Source: a virus. From it: 41,147 bases of DNA. Below, piece by piece: positions 9,717 through 18,393 of this stretch. Within the stretch, counting starts at the first letter, position 1. Every line of letters begins with the position of its first letter. A program made the translations under genes and the position numbers. The stretch covers positions 1 through 41,147 of the IMG/VR virus record IMGVR_UViG_3300045988_064331; one strand, 5' to 3'. The notes under the pieces are model-generated. The model saw only the letters and a program-made list of their open reading frames with translations, did no database searches and had not been told where the DNA came from.

Positions 9717-10039
9717 TCGAGGATCTTAAGATCTGCCGCCAGCTCGGCATCAGCTATAAGCGTTTCATGGGCTGGCGCCCGAGTGATGGCGATGAGGTCG
9801 AATGGGATGAGACGGAACGCAATTGGATGCGCTCGTTGGCTGAATACGAACGGTCATTATGCCCCTTGTGCGGTTTGCCTCGCTCGATCTGCCAAGACCC
9901 GAAGGGTGAACTTACATTGCATGCCGAAACCAGCGTCTGCTGGGCCACTGCGCACATGCAGCAGGCCATGAAACGGTGGACTGATGCGAATGGCAGGGAC
10001 AATCCGGCCGCGAACGCCTTGGTGGCGCATTTGACCTGA
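9207..10039 (+). CDS. Tail assembly chaperone -1 frameshift product (gpGT-like, ~277 aa)
   Basis: The -1 frame ORF (9584-10039) overlaps the 3' end of G and ends 5 nt before the tape-measure start. Confidence 0.7.
9671..9677 (+). promoter_or_regulatory. Programmed -1 ribosomal frameshift slippery heptamer C CCA AAA
   Basis: Zero-frame codons are GAC CCA AAA GCG, which gives X XXY YYZ phasing. The -1 frame reads CCC AAA AGC GGC..., matching the GPKSGIRP of the downstream ORF. Confidence 0.75.
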
Positions 10040-10043
10040 CATT

Positions 10044-13000
10044 TTGGAGGATGCTTTGGCGGAGAACAAGAACATCGTCATCCGGTTGATGGCGGACACC
10101 GCCTCATATGAGGCGGCGATGACCCGCGCCGGAAGCACCGCGAAAACGGTTGCTTCGGGCATGGAGAACACCGGCCGCAAGTCCGCGCTCATCGCCAGCG
10201 GCATGACCGCCGCAGGACTGGCCGTGGCCGCGTTCGGCGTGGCTGCGGTCAAGATGGCCGCAGACTTCGACCAGCAGATGAGCACCGTGCAGGCGAACAC
10301 CGGCGCGACCAGCGCCCAAATGGACCAGCTGCGTGCCGCAGCAATCGAGGCAGGCGCGAGCACCGTCTATTCCGCTACGGATTCCGCCGACGCGATCAAC
10401 GATCTCGGCAAGGCCGGCATGAGCGTCACGGATATTCTCACCGGCGGCTTGTCTGGCGCTTTGAATCTGGCCGCCTCCGACGGAATGGCCGTGGGGGATG
10501 CCGCCGAATACATGGCCAACGCGTTGAGCATGTTCCACCTGAAAGGCTCTCAGGCCTCGCAGGTGGCCGATACTTTGGCGGCTGGCGCCGGCAAGGCCGT
10601 CGGCAATGTCTCCGATTTCGGCGAGGCGTTGAACAATTGCGGCGCCCAGGCTAACAGTTTCGGCATGAACGTGCAGGAGACCACCGGCGTGCTCGCCCTG
10701 TTCGCGCAGAACGGCACCATCGGCGCCGAGGCCGGCACCCAGCTGAACAGCATGCTGATGAAGCTGGCCGCACCGTCCGCCGAAGCGTCCAACACGATGA
10801 AGGAACTCGGCATCAGCGCCTACGATGCGCAACATCATTTCGTCGGCATGGCGAACTTCGCAGGGCAACTGCAGAAGGCCGAAAAAGGCTTGACCGACGA
10901 GCAGCGCAACCAGGCGAACGCGACCATCTTCGGAAGCTATGCCATCAAGGCCGCGAATTATCTTTACGAGGCGGGCGAATCCGGCGTCAACAAGTGGACG
11001 AAGGCCGTGTCCGAAAGCGGCTACGCCGCCGAGCAGGCTGCTGCGAAGAACAACAATCTCAAAGGTGATCTGGAGAATCTTGGCGGCTCCATGGAGTCTC
11101 TGATGATTTCCGTCGGCGAAGGCGCTCAGGGGCCTTTGCGCAAGATGGTGCAGGGGTTGGATACGCTGGTTGACGCGTTCGCCGGTTTGCCGTCAGGCGT
11201 GCAGCAGACGCTCGTGGTCATGGCATCACTTGCGGGCGTGTTCGGAGCCGTGCACAAGGCCGCAGGCAATCTCAACGGCAGCACCAGCACGATGGCCAAC
11301 AATATCGGCTTGGCCATCGACCCGATCCAACGCGTCAAGACCGCTTTGGCTTCCGCGCAGACCGCTTTCCAGATGTTCCGCGCGAGCGGTCAGAGCGCGC
11401 AGGAGCAGTTGGAATCGTTCGGCACTGCGGAGGATTCCGCCACGCTCCGATCCAAGGGGTTCCACAGTGTTGCCGACGGACTCATCTCACTTATGGGAGG
11501 TCCGTGGGGCATCGCCCTGGGCATTGCCACGACGGCGCTCACTGGTTTCATGACGGCCGCGCAGAATACCAAGCAGGCGGTGCAGGAAGTGCAGTCAGCC
11601 GCAGCCAATGGAGCCAGCGCTATCCACGAGGCGCTGGTCAACCAGCTGCAGAATATGGATGTCGGCACCTTCCATGGCGAACCGGGATGGCTCAGTGCGA
11701 TCGAGCAGGGCATCACCGGATCGAAGAAGCTGACCGACGTGATGAGCGAGGCCGGCATCAGCATCACCACCATGACCAAGGCCGCCGAAGGCAACAAGAC
11801 GGCCATCAAGCAGGTCAACTCGGCGGCGGACAAGCTCGGCTCCAGCCTTGGCAGCGGGTCACATAAGGCCACCGCGCTGCGCGACGGCCTTTCCGCCCTG
11901 ACCACCGCCTACCAGCAGGGCACGAAAGGCGCCAAAGACAAGTCCAAGGCGTTGGACGAACTCGATGGCAAAACCAATAGTGCGGCGAAATCCACGAAGG
12001 AAGCTGCCGGCGCGAACAAAGAGCTTGGCTCTTCCGCTTCGGACGCGTCAAGCCAAATCGATGATCTTGTCCAGGCGTTGTTTGGTTTGGAGTCGGGCAA
12101 TCTGACTGCAGACCAGGCGGTCGACCAGCTCAATCAGAAGATCGGCGAACTGTCAAAAACATGCGAGGATAACGGCGTCGTCTTCGACCAGTCCGGTAAT
12201 CTGCTTGACCGTTTTTCCGAGGAGGGCACGAAGACCAAGCAGGCTTTGGAGGACATCGCCAGCAGCGCCCAGAATGCTGCGGAGAAGATTCTCAAGCAGG
12301 GTGAGAGCACCGGTTTTAGCAGCGGCGAGATCGAGCGTGCGAACGGCGTGCTGCAGGATGCTCGTGACGCGATCATCCGGCAGGCCGAAGCCTCGGGCAT
12401 GAGCGAACAGGCCGCTAACGCCTTGGCCGACCGTTGGGGTCTGAGTTCCGACAGCATCAAGGCTTCCATCGACAATATCAGGATGACCGCCGACAACAAC
12501 AAGGCGAAGCTTGACGTTGACGATTCCAAGGCCAAGTCGAAGACCAAAGGCGCGGAAACCAACCTCGACAAATTCAACAAGAAGATAGCGAAGGCCAAGC
12601 TCGACGCAGACGCCAAGAAGGCCACAGCCAGCGCCAAGAAGGCGCAGAAGATGATGGACGACTTCAACAAGAAGCACGTCAACGCCACCATCGACGCGAC
12701 CGACAAGGCATCCAAGAAGGCGAACGCCGCCTCCAAGAACATCGGAAAGCTCAACGGAAAGAAAGCCACAGCCAGACTCGACGCGAAGGACAACGCCTCG
12801 CCGAAGGTAGACAAGGCCAACGCGAAGAAACTGTCAAACAAGCGCAACACCTTGGACTCGACCGACAAGGCCGGACCGAAGGTCGACGCCGTCAACCGCA
12901 AGAAGCTGAACGACAAGAAGAGCTCCGCATCGGTCAACGACCAGGCGACTCCGGTGCTCCGCTCCATCAACAACTTCAAGATCGCGGACAAGAGCTTCAC

Positions 13001-13445
13001 CGTCACGGAGAAGACGAAGAAGGTGGGCGGCTACACCGGTGGAATGTTCACTGACGGCGCCTTCCAGCAGTTCGCCGGAGGTGGCATGTTCTCCGGCTAC
13101 GTGGATCCGGCATGGGCGCCCGGCAATGGTTTGAGCGACAGCGTGTATCTGCTCAACGCTCGTCTCGCTGCGGGCGAGTACACGCACAATGCTGCGGCCA
13201 CGGCCTATTACGGCGTCGATACCATGCGCCTGCTGAACGAGCGGAAGATTCCACGTGAAGTGTTTGCCACAGCCAATCAGATGACAGGCAATCAGGTCAG
13301 CGTACAGGTTGATACCGCTTCCGTGGTGGCGGCGATAACCAGCCTGCACAACGATCTTGGCGCGATTATCAGCGCCGCGTCCGATGATTCGACAGTCAGC
13401 GACCGCGACTTGGGGAGGTTGATCCGAAAATATGCGCGAGCTTAA
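10044..13445 (+). CDS. Tape measure protein
   Basis: 1133 aa, Ala/Gly/Lys-rich with internal degenerate repeats, in the canonical position. The start is uncertain (TTG 10044 or TTG 10056 after GGAGG). Confidence 0.9.
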   Translation: MEDALAENKNIVIRLMADTASYEAAMTRAGSTAKTVASGMENTGRKSALIASGMTAAGLAVAAFGVAAVKMAADFDQQMSTVQANTGATSAQMDQLRAAAIEAGASTVYSATDSADAINDLGKAGMSVTDILTGGLSGALNLAASDGMAVGDAAEYMANALSMFHLKGSQASQVADTLAAGAGKAVGNVSDFGEALNNCGAQANSFGMNVQETTGVLALFAQNGTIGAEAGTQLNSMLMKLAAPSAEASNTMKELGISAYDAQHHFVGMANFAGQLQKAEKGLTDEQRNQANATIFGSYAIKAANYLYEAGESGVNKWTKAVSESGYAAEQAAAKNNNLKGDLENLGGSMESLMISVGEGAQGPLRKMVQGLDTLVDAFAGLPSGVQQTLVVMASLAGVFGAVHKAAGNLNGSTSTMANNIGLAIDPIQRVKTALASAQTAFQMFRASGQSAQEQLESFGTAEDSATLRSKGFHSVADGLISLMGGPWGIALGIATTALTGFMTAAQNTKQAVQEVQSAAANGASAIHEALVNQLQNMDVGTFHGEPGWLSAIEQGITGSKKLTDVMSEAGISITTMTKAAEGNKTAIKQVNSAADKLGSSLGSGSHKATALRDGLSALTTAYQQGTKGAKDKSKALDELDGKTNSAAKSTKEAAGANKELGSSASDASSQIDDLVQALFGLESGNLTADQAVDQLNQKIGELSKTCEDNGVVFDQSGNLLDRFSEEGTKTKQALEDIASSAQNAAEKILKQGESTGFSSGEIERANGVLQDARDAIIRQAEASGMSEQAANALADRWGLSSDSIKASIDNIRMTADNNKAKLDVDDSKAKSKTKGAETNLDKFNKKIAKAKLDADAKKATASAKKAQKMMDDFNKKHVNATIDATDKASKKANAASKNIGKLNGKKATARLDAKDNASPKVDKANAKKLSNKRNTLDSTDKAGPKVDAVNRKKLNDKKSSASVNDQATPVLRSINNFKIADKSFTVTEKTKKVGGYTGGMFTDGAFQQFAGGGMFSGYVDPAWAPGNGLSDSVYLLNARLAAGEYTHNAAATAYYGVDTMRLLNERKIPREVFATANQMTGNQVSVQVDTASVVAAITSLHNDLGAIISAASDDSTVSDRDLGRLIRKYARA

Positions 13446-14286
13446 ATACACGTCGCATGATGGCACGGTCATCGACCTCAACGCCGATGATCTGTGGGTG
13501 GCTGACCTGCAGGAAATGCGAGGGTACGCATGGACGTACACGCTAGCCACGCGCGGCATCAAATCGGTGAGCAGAAACGCTTCGACGGCGAAAATGACCG
13601 TCCGCACCACGGATCCGTCAAGATTGGACATGGTGCAGACGGCTTTCGATTCGGACGTGCAGGCCGTTACGCCAGGCATGTTGACCGTCGATGGCGAATG
13701 GTTCCAGCGGGCGTATGTCGTCGGCTCATCGCTTGGTCTGGTGCCTTGGCCGGCCTATGCGCAGACTGACTACACGGTCGTATTGTGCGATGGCGTCTGG
13801 CGTCGTGCGCTGCCGGTGCAGCATTTCTTTCCGATGACGGCAGGCACCGGCTCGCAGATTGACCTTCCACTGGACTTGCCGACCGATTTGGCTCCATCAC
13901 GCATCGCTTTGACGGTGCATAATCCGACCGGCAAGGCCGCTGAGTTCGCTGCGGTCATTTTCGGCCCTTGCGTCAACCCGTCTTTTCGGATTGGCGGCAA
14001 CACTTACGCGGTTGATGTGACAGTGCCGGAAGGCGGTCATGTGTCGCTGTCGGCCACTGGATTGCGGAAGTCGATAACGTTGACAGCTGAAAACGGCGAC
14101 GTTTCGGATGTTTTCGACAAGGGCGTTCGCGGGAACGGCAGTGGAAGCGGCTCGTATGTTTTCGAGCCGATACCGGCCGGAGATTCGCTGTTGACGGTTC
14201 CCGGCAATTATGGCATCGATTTGACCATGTTCGACGTTTATGGAGGTGTGCCTTGGCTGACGTTATCCTCGCCGACGGCAAGCTGA
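13432..14286 (+). CDS. Distal tail protein (Dit-like)
   Basis: First gene after the tape measure and overlapping its end; 284 aa. Confidence 0.6.
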   Translation: MRELKYTSHDGTVIDLNADDLWVADLQEMRGYAWTYTLATRGIKSVSRNASTAKMTVRTTDPSRLDMVQTAFDSDVQAVTPGMLTVDGEWFQRAYVVGSSLGLVPWPAYAQTDYTVVLCDGVWRRALPVQHFFPMTAGTGSQIDLPLDLPTDLAPSRIALTVHNPTGKAAEFAAVIFGPCVNPSFRIGGNTYAVDVTVPEGGHVSLSATGLRKSITLTAENGDVSDVFDKGVRGNGSGSGSYVFEPIPAGDSLLTVPGNYGIDLTMFDVYGGVPWLTLSSPTAS

Positions 14287-15812
14287 CGCCACATGCGAGC
14301 GTATCGCAGGTGACGCTGGATTGGGCTTGCGGCACGGACGAAAACGACTTCGAATTGACCATCGATGACGTACTCGCGCCGAACATTTCACAAGGCTGGT
14401 ATTTTTGGCTCGATGGAAGTGATGTTGGAGGCCGAATAGTCGATCGTCGCGTGTCCGTCGCCGGAGGAACTTCCACGACAACCTGGATAGGTCAATCGTG
14501 GACTGGCATGTTGGCGGCGAAGATATTGCAGCCGGATGCGAATCAGGATTACCTGACAGTCTCCGGCAAGCTGCCTGACATCCTCAAAAACCTTTTGAAG
14601 CGCATCGGCTTGGATACGGTTTTCACTGTCGATTCCTCCGATGCTTCCATTTTGTCGAATTGGATGTTTCAGAATCCACGTTATGTGGACGCCTACACCG
14701 GATTGCGAACATTGCTTGCATCATGTGGCCGCAGGCTTGATTTCAAGGTGTCCAGTAACAAGATCCTGCTTGGTATCGTGCCGGTGCAGACCATCATGAA
14801 CACGATCGATTCCGACTTGGTGGATTTCAAGGCCGAAACCAACCGTCGCGCGGTGAATCATCTTATCGGCCTTGGCTCGCAGGAGCTCAAGGACCGTCTG
14901 GTGGTTAATTATTTCGCGGATGCGACCGGCGTGGTGAGTCAGACGCAGACATTCGTTGGTGCCGATGAAGTATGCGCCACATACGACTATTCCAACGCGG
15001 ATTTGTCCACGCTGCAATCCGAGACGAAGAAGCATTTGCAGGAATTGCAGACCGGTGGCTCGGTCGAGGTGACGTTGTCCGATGAGGTCGGCGATGGTCT
15101 GCGTGTGGATGACAAGATTGTTGCGGCGGATCAGTCTTCCGGTGTCAACGTCACCGCCGTGGTGACGAAGCGGATCGTGAAAATCGATTCCGGGATTTTG
15201 ACTTCGACGTTCGAGGTCGGACTGCCGGTGCAGTCGGCGAATGCGAACTATTCCGGTTCTTCCTCTTCGTCTTCCGGTGGTTCGGCTGGTGGTGGCGTGT
15301 CTTTGACGGCTGGCCGTGGACTGTCGATTTCTGGCGGCACGATCAGCGCGGAGGTCGCTTCCGAGGATTTGGATGCCGTCAGGCAGGTCGCCGAGTCGGC
15401 GGACAGGACGGCTTCCGGTTTCGCGGCGCAGATCGGCAAGGCGAATCAGACCGCCGAGGATGCGAAGAACGTCGCCGATGCGGCCAAGAGCGTGGCCGAC
15501 AATGCCAAATCGGGCATGATGACCGATTCCGAACGGTCGAAGCTCGCTTCGGTCGAACGGGGCGCGAACGCCTACACGCTGCCGAAGGCGTCCACGGACG
15601 TGCTGGGCGGCGTGAGGGTGGACGGCAGCACGATAGTCTCCGTTGACGGTGTGATCAGCGCTCATGTCGGTGACGGCGCTTCCGGGAGGGTCGTGTTTCC
15701 GGTCGGCTATGTGGTTCAGAACACGACTGGTGTCAACCCTTCCGTTGATTTCGGCGGGACTTGGCGGCAGTTGCCTTCGCTCGGTTGTTTCACGTTTGAA
15801 AGGATTGGATAG
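14253..15812 (+). CDS. Tail-associated / fibre-like protein (Tal position)
   Basis: GGAGG 6 nt before the TTG at 14253. Ser/Gly linker (SSSSSSGGSAGGG) followed by a coiled-coil and a C-terminal domain. Confidence 0.6.
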   Translation: MADVILADGKLTPHASVSQVTLDWACGTDENDFELTIDDVLAPNISQGWYFWLDGSDVGGRIVDRRVSVAGGTSTTTWIGQSWTGMLAAKILQPDANQDYLTVSGKLPDILKNLLKRIGLDTVFTVDSSDASILSNWMFQNPRYVDAYTGLRTLLASCGRRLDFKVSSNKILLGIVPVQTIMNTIDSDLVDFKAETNRRAVNHLIGLGSQELKDRLVVNYFADATGVVSQTQTFVGADEVCATYDYSNADLSTLQSETKKHLQELQTGGSVEVTLSDEVGDGLRVDDKIVAADQSSGVNVTAVVTKRIVKIDSGILTSTFEVGLPVQSANANYSGSSSSSSGGSAGGGVSLTAGRGLSISGGTISAEVASEDLDAVRQVAESADRTASGFAAQIGKANQTAEDAKNVADAAKSVADNAKSGMMTDSERSKLASVERGANAYTLPKASTDVLGGVRVDGSTIVSVDGVISAHVGDGASGRVVFPVGYVVQNTTGVNPSVDFGGTWRQLPSLGCFTFERIG

Positions 15813-16063
15813 TGAAATCTGACGGTTACTCGAAGTACGTGTGCGACAAGTGCGGCAAGACCGCTTATGTCGCCGCTGGCGATACGGAGGCGCGTGAATG
15901 GTTCACCGTGCGCCGCTATTCGGCTGGCAAGGCGACCCGCATCGCGGATGACGTGGCCCCTGACATTTACGAATTGTGCTCCAAATGCAATACGTCTTTC
16001 ATGGCGTTCATGCAGAAGGATGACGCTTCGTTTGAAGCATGGTTGAAGGAGGTTGAACAGTGA
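15812..16063 (+). CDS. Small zinc-ribbon protein in the tail module
   Basis: Two CxxC pairs (CDKC ... CSKC). The GTG start overlaps the upstream TAG. Confidence 0.5.
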   Translation: MKSDGYSKYVCDKCGKTAYVAAGDTEAREWFTVRRYSAGKATRIADDVAPDIYELCSKCNTSFMAFMQKDDASFEAWLKEVEQ

Positions 16064-16821
16064 CCATCGAACTGGTTGACGGCAAGGCCGGAGTTGCACA
16101 CATCTCAAGCGAGGACAAGGCGATCATCCATCAGGCCAAGTTCTCGAAGTCCGACGTGGTGTACGACTGGGGCGACGTGTTCAAGTGCTCGATGAGTTCG
16201 TCCAACAGGGCGACGATCGGCACCGGCTGCGCGTCGATCCAGGGCTTGGACTGGCATATCACGGCGGCGGAATCGGTGACGATCTCCAACGGGTCGCAGG
16301 GCATGAAACGCAATGACATCATCTGCGCACACTACCATCGAGATTCCAAGACCGGTAATGAGAATGTGGCATTGACCGTGTTGAAGGGTTCGCCGAATGC
16401 GACTGCCGCCGCCGACCCGACCATTCCGTCAGGGAAGATATTGTCCGGCGCGGTTGATGCATACATGCCGTTGTGGCGTATCCCGCTTAATGGCATCACG
16501 GTCGGCACGCCGGTACGCCTGTTCACGCCGAGAGGGGCTTTGTGGGATTCCGTATTCCGGTGCGGCCTATACAAAGGGCCTACTGATGGTAACGGTTTTC
16601 TGCGTGTCGATAACCCATTCAAAGAGTCTGCTAACGTGTTCGCGTTCTGCGAATTGAGTCCGAATGGCATGACAGACGCTGCTGGCAAACTTTTCAACGC
16701 TTATGTTTGGGGCATCGCAGCCGATAAAATCACATTTCGTATCCGGCGCGAAGATATGCATACATGGGTGGATGTGCAGCCGGTGAACATGCTATGGGTT
16801 GCAATCAAACAGTCGGCATAG
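16060..16821 (+). CDS. Tail fibre / receptor-binding protein constant part; expression locus of the shufflon
   Basis: AAGGAGG 7 nt before the GTG at 16060; 253 aa. Its TAG stop (16819-16821) is the first triplet of recombination site A. Confidence 0.65.
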   Translation: MTIELVDGKAGVAHISSEDKAIIHQAKFSKSDVVYDWGDVFKCSMSSSNRATIGTGCASIQGLDWHITAAESVTISNGSQGMKRNDIICAHYHRDSKTGNENVALTVLKGSPNATAAADPTIPSGKILSGAVDAYMPLWRIPLNGITVGTPVRLFTPRGALWDSVFRCGLYKGPTDGNGFLRVDNPFKESANVFAFCELSPNGMTDAAGKLFNAYVWGIAADKITFRIRREDMHTWVDVQPVNMLWVAIKQSA

Positions 16822-16839
16822 CTTTCCGTATCCCCGATT
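16819..16839 (+). repeat. Recombination site A (rix-like)
   Basis: TAGCTTTCCGTATCCCCGATT. It matches the reverse complement of site C at 19 of 21 positions. Confidence 0.8.
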
Positions 16840-17130
16840 GAGGATCAGGTCTTCGATGGCTTCGCCATCGTGGGCGTGGCTCGGGGTAGCAGCGTGACGA
16901 TCCAAATGAATGGCCTCAATGTGCACACGACGGTAAAAGACACGAAGGTCGGCTCCGTCAAGGCAGCCTTCAGGCCCGCTGTGCCCGTCCGCGCGCTCTT
17001 CGGCATGCAAGGAACCTCGTGGGGCATCGTCTCGATCAACACGGACGGCTCGATAAACTTAATCCACCGGTATGGCGCAGACTCGCTAACCTGGAGCATT
17101 GTCGATATTTCTTTGACATACACAATCTAG
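16822..17130 (+). CDS. Variable C-terminal cassette A (102 codons, currently at the expression locus)
   Basis: Frame open from site A: LSVSPIEDQVFDGFAIVGVARGSSVTIQMNGL...AAFRPAVP...NTDGSINL...LTYTI. No SD or start at its 5' end. Confidence 0.7.
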   Translation, partial: LSVSPIEDQVFDGFAIVGVARGSSVTIQMNGLNVHTTVKDTKVGSVKAAFRPAVPVRALFGMQGTSWGIVSINTDGSINLIHRYGADSLTWSIVDISLTYTI

Positions 17131-17131
17131 A

Positions 17132-17152
17132 CGGCATTCCGTAACCCAGACG
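17132..17152 (+). repeat. Recombination site B (rix-like)
   Basis: CGGCATTCCGTAACCCAGACG. It shares GCATTCCGTAACCC with site E and TTCCGTAACCCAG with site D. Confidence 0.8.
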
Positions 17153-17443
17153 CTTATCACCTGCCAGTATGGCAAGGTGACGGGCGTGAAAGCCGGGAAC
17201 GTGGCGCAAATCCTCGTGGAATGGAAGAGCGCCGCCACGGCATCATGGGATACCGGCAATTTCGGCGTCCTGCCGGCTGGCTGGCGTCCATTGATTACGA
17301 CGAGGTGGGCGTACAGTGGGCGTGACGGTAGCAGCCAACGAGATTTCACCATACTGCCGGACGGCAAATTCACCTACAGGAATCTTGGTGGCAGCCAGAA
17401 CGGAGAAGGTTTCATCACATCCGCCTCGTACATCACGGCCTAA
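17135..17443 (+). CDS. Variable C-terminal cassette B (102 codons)
   Basis: Frame open from site B: HSVTQTLITCQYGKVTGVKAGNVAQ...LPAGWRPLIT...LPDGKFTY...ASYITA. Confidence 0.7.
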   Translation, partial: HSVTQTLITCQYGKVTGVKAGNVAQILVEWKSAATASWDTGNFGVLPAGWRPLITTRWAYSGRDGSSQRDFTILPDGKFTYRNLGGSQNGEGFITSASYITA

Positions 17444-17781
17444 ACCGTCGTCACCGGAAACGATACGCTGCCGGCATGCCATGTGTTTGCAGGGACGGTC
17501 ACATCATATGATGTGCGGAAGGAAACCGTGTTTCCCACGGCGTACAGAAAACGATTCTGCATCTGACTGCCCTGAAAACTGTCCATGAAAACGCTGAACC
17601 CCTCCAGCTTGGCATTCACGTCCATGCTTGCCAAAGGCACACCATCCCACGCCTTCTTCTGGAATTGGCCTTTGTTGACCCACCGGCAGTAGACGGTCGC
17701 CAAACCATTGACGACGCATCCGCTGATCGTGAATTCCGGGTCGGAGGTCAGTTTCGTGAAATGAATCGGGGTTACGGAAAA
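17440..17781 (-). CDS. Variable C-terminal cassette C (113 codons, silent orientation)
   Basis: Hand-translated from site C: FSVTPIHFTKLTSDPEFTISGCVVNGLATVYCRWVNKG...SFPVTTV. Confidence 0.7.
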   Translation of the reverse strand, partial: FSVTPIHFTKLTSDPEFTISGCVVNGLATVYCRWVNKGQFQKKAWDGVPLASMDVNAKLEGFSVFMDSFQGSQMQNRFLYAVGNTVSFRTSYDVTVPANTWHAGSVSFPVTTV

Positions 17782-17784
17782 CTA
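17764..17784 (-). repeat. Recombination site C (rix-like, inverted)
   Basis: The minus strand reads TAGTTTTCCGTAACCCCGATT. Confidence 0.8.
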
Positions 17785-18078
17785 TTCCGTCATCCAACAG
17801 CCATGCGCCGTGGAGTAGGCTGATTTCGGGTCGCCCAGCATCTGCACTGTCCCGTCACGCATGACAAGCAGACTGAAACCGCAGGACGGGAACGATATGA
17901 TGCTCATGTCGGCGAGCGGACGGAACGCTTCTGGGATGGTCTCCAACGCCGTCGAGTAGTTCTGCTGTCCACTGCCGGTGAACTTGACGTTGCTGTTGAC
18001 CGTGACGATGCGTCCGACGCGACACAGAGTGAGGCTGTCGTTCGTGTATGGCGGTTTCCATTGCTGGGTTACGGAAAG
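17782..18078 (-). CDS. Variable C-terminal cassette D (98 codons, silent orientation)
   Basis: Hand-translated codon by codon: LSVTQQWKPPYTNDSLTLCRVGRIVTVNSNVKFTG...IPEAFRPLAD...MRDGTVQM...HGCWMTE. There is no ATG/GTG/TTG in the first 44 codons, GC3 is high, and the frame is absent from the ORF track for that reason. Confidence 0.7.
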   Translation of the reverse strand, partial: LSVTQQWKPPYTNDSLTLCRVGRIVTVNSNVKFTGSGQQNYSTALETIPEAFRPLADMSIISFPSCGFSLLVMRDGTVQMLGDPKSAYSTAHGCWMTE

Positions 18079-18081
18079 CTA
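18061..18081 (-). repeat. Recombination site D (rix-like, inverted)
   Basis: The minus strand reads TAGCTTTCCGTAACCCAGCAA, i.e. the left arm of A joined to the right arm of B. Confidence 0.8.
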
Positions 18082-18390
18082 TTTCACCGGCCAGCAGCCG
18101 CAGACGCGGAAATAGTATCCGCTGTTCATGCTGCCGCTGATTGTGACCTTGCCGTCAGAGTCGAATGACAAGGCTCCATGCTGCCCGTTCACACCTTCCA
18201 GCAGTATCGTGCCTTGTCCTTCCGGCAGGAAACCGGCATCCATCGTCTCATTCACGGTCTGGCCGTTGGAATTGATGTCGTATGTGAAGGACGTGTTGCC
18301 AAAAGCGAACGCCATCATGCCGACCTTGGCAAGACGCACCGTCATGCCGTAAGGCCCATGCCAGATTTGCCGTTCAAGGGTTACGGAATG
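18079..18390 (-). CDS. Variable C-terminal cassette E (103 codons, silent orientation)
   Basis: HSVTLERQIWHGPYGMTVRLAKVGMMAFAFGNTSF...DSDGKVTISG...CGCWPVK; begins in site E. Confidence 0.7.
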   Translation of the reverse strand, partial: HSVTLERQIWHGPYGMTVRLAKVGMMAFAFGNTSFTYDINSNGQTVNETMDAGFLPEGQGTILLEGVNGQHGALSFDSDGKVTISGSMNSGYYFRVCGCWPVK

Positions 18391-18393
18391 CTA
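18373..18393 (-). repeat. Recombination site E (rix-like, inverted)
   Basis: The minus strand reads TAGCATTCCGTAACCCTTGAA and follows directly after the recombinase TGA stop. Confidence 0.8.

Larger units (their letters stand above)
16819..18393. other. Invertible shufflon segment (five sites, five cassettes)
   Basis: See the individual site and cassette features. Cassettes and sites are contiguous, with no spacer DNA between them. Confidence 0.8.

Noticed and set aside
16819-18393. Genome-wide reassignment of TAG (genetic code 15-like) as an explanation for the in-frame TAGs at the shufflon junctions.
   Set aside because: TAG terminates 1932-2585, 9207-9716, 14253-15812 and 21264-21659 exactly where the next gene's RBS or start follows. 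No suppressor tRNA gene was found in the window.
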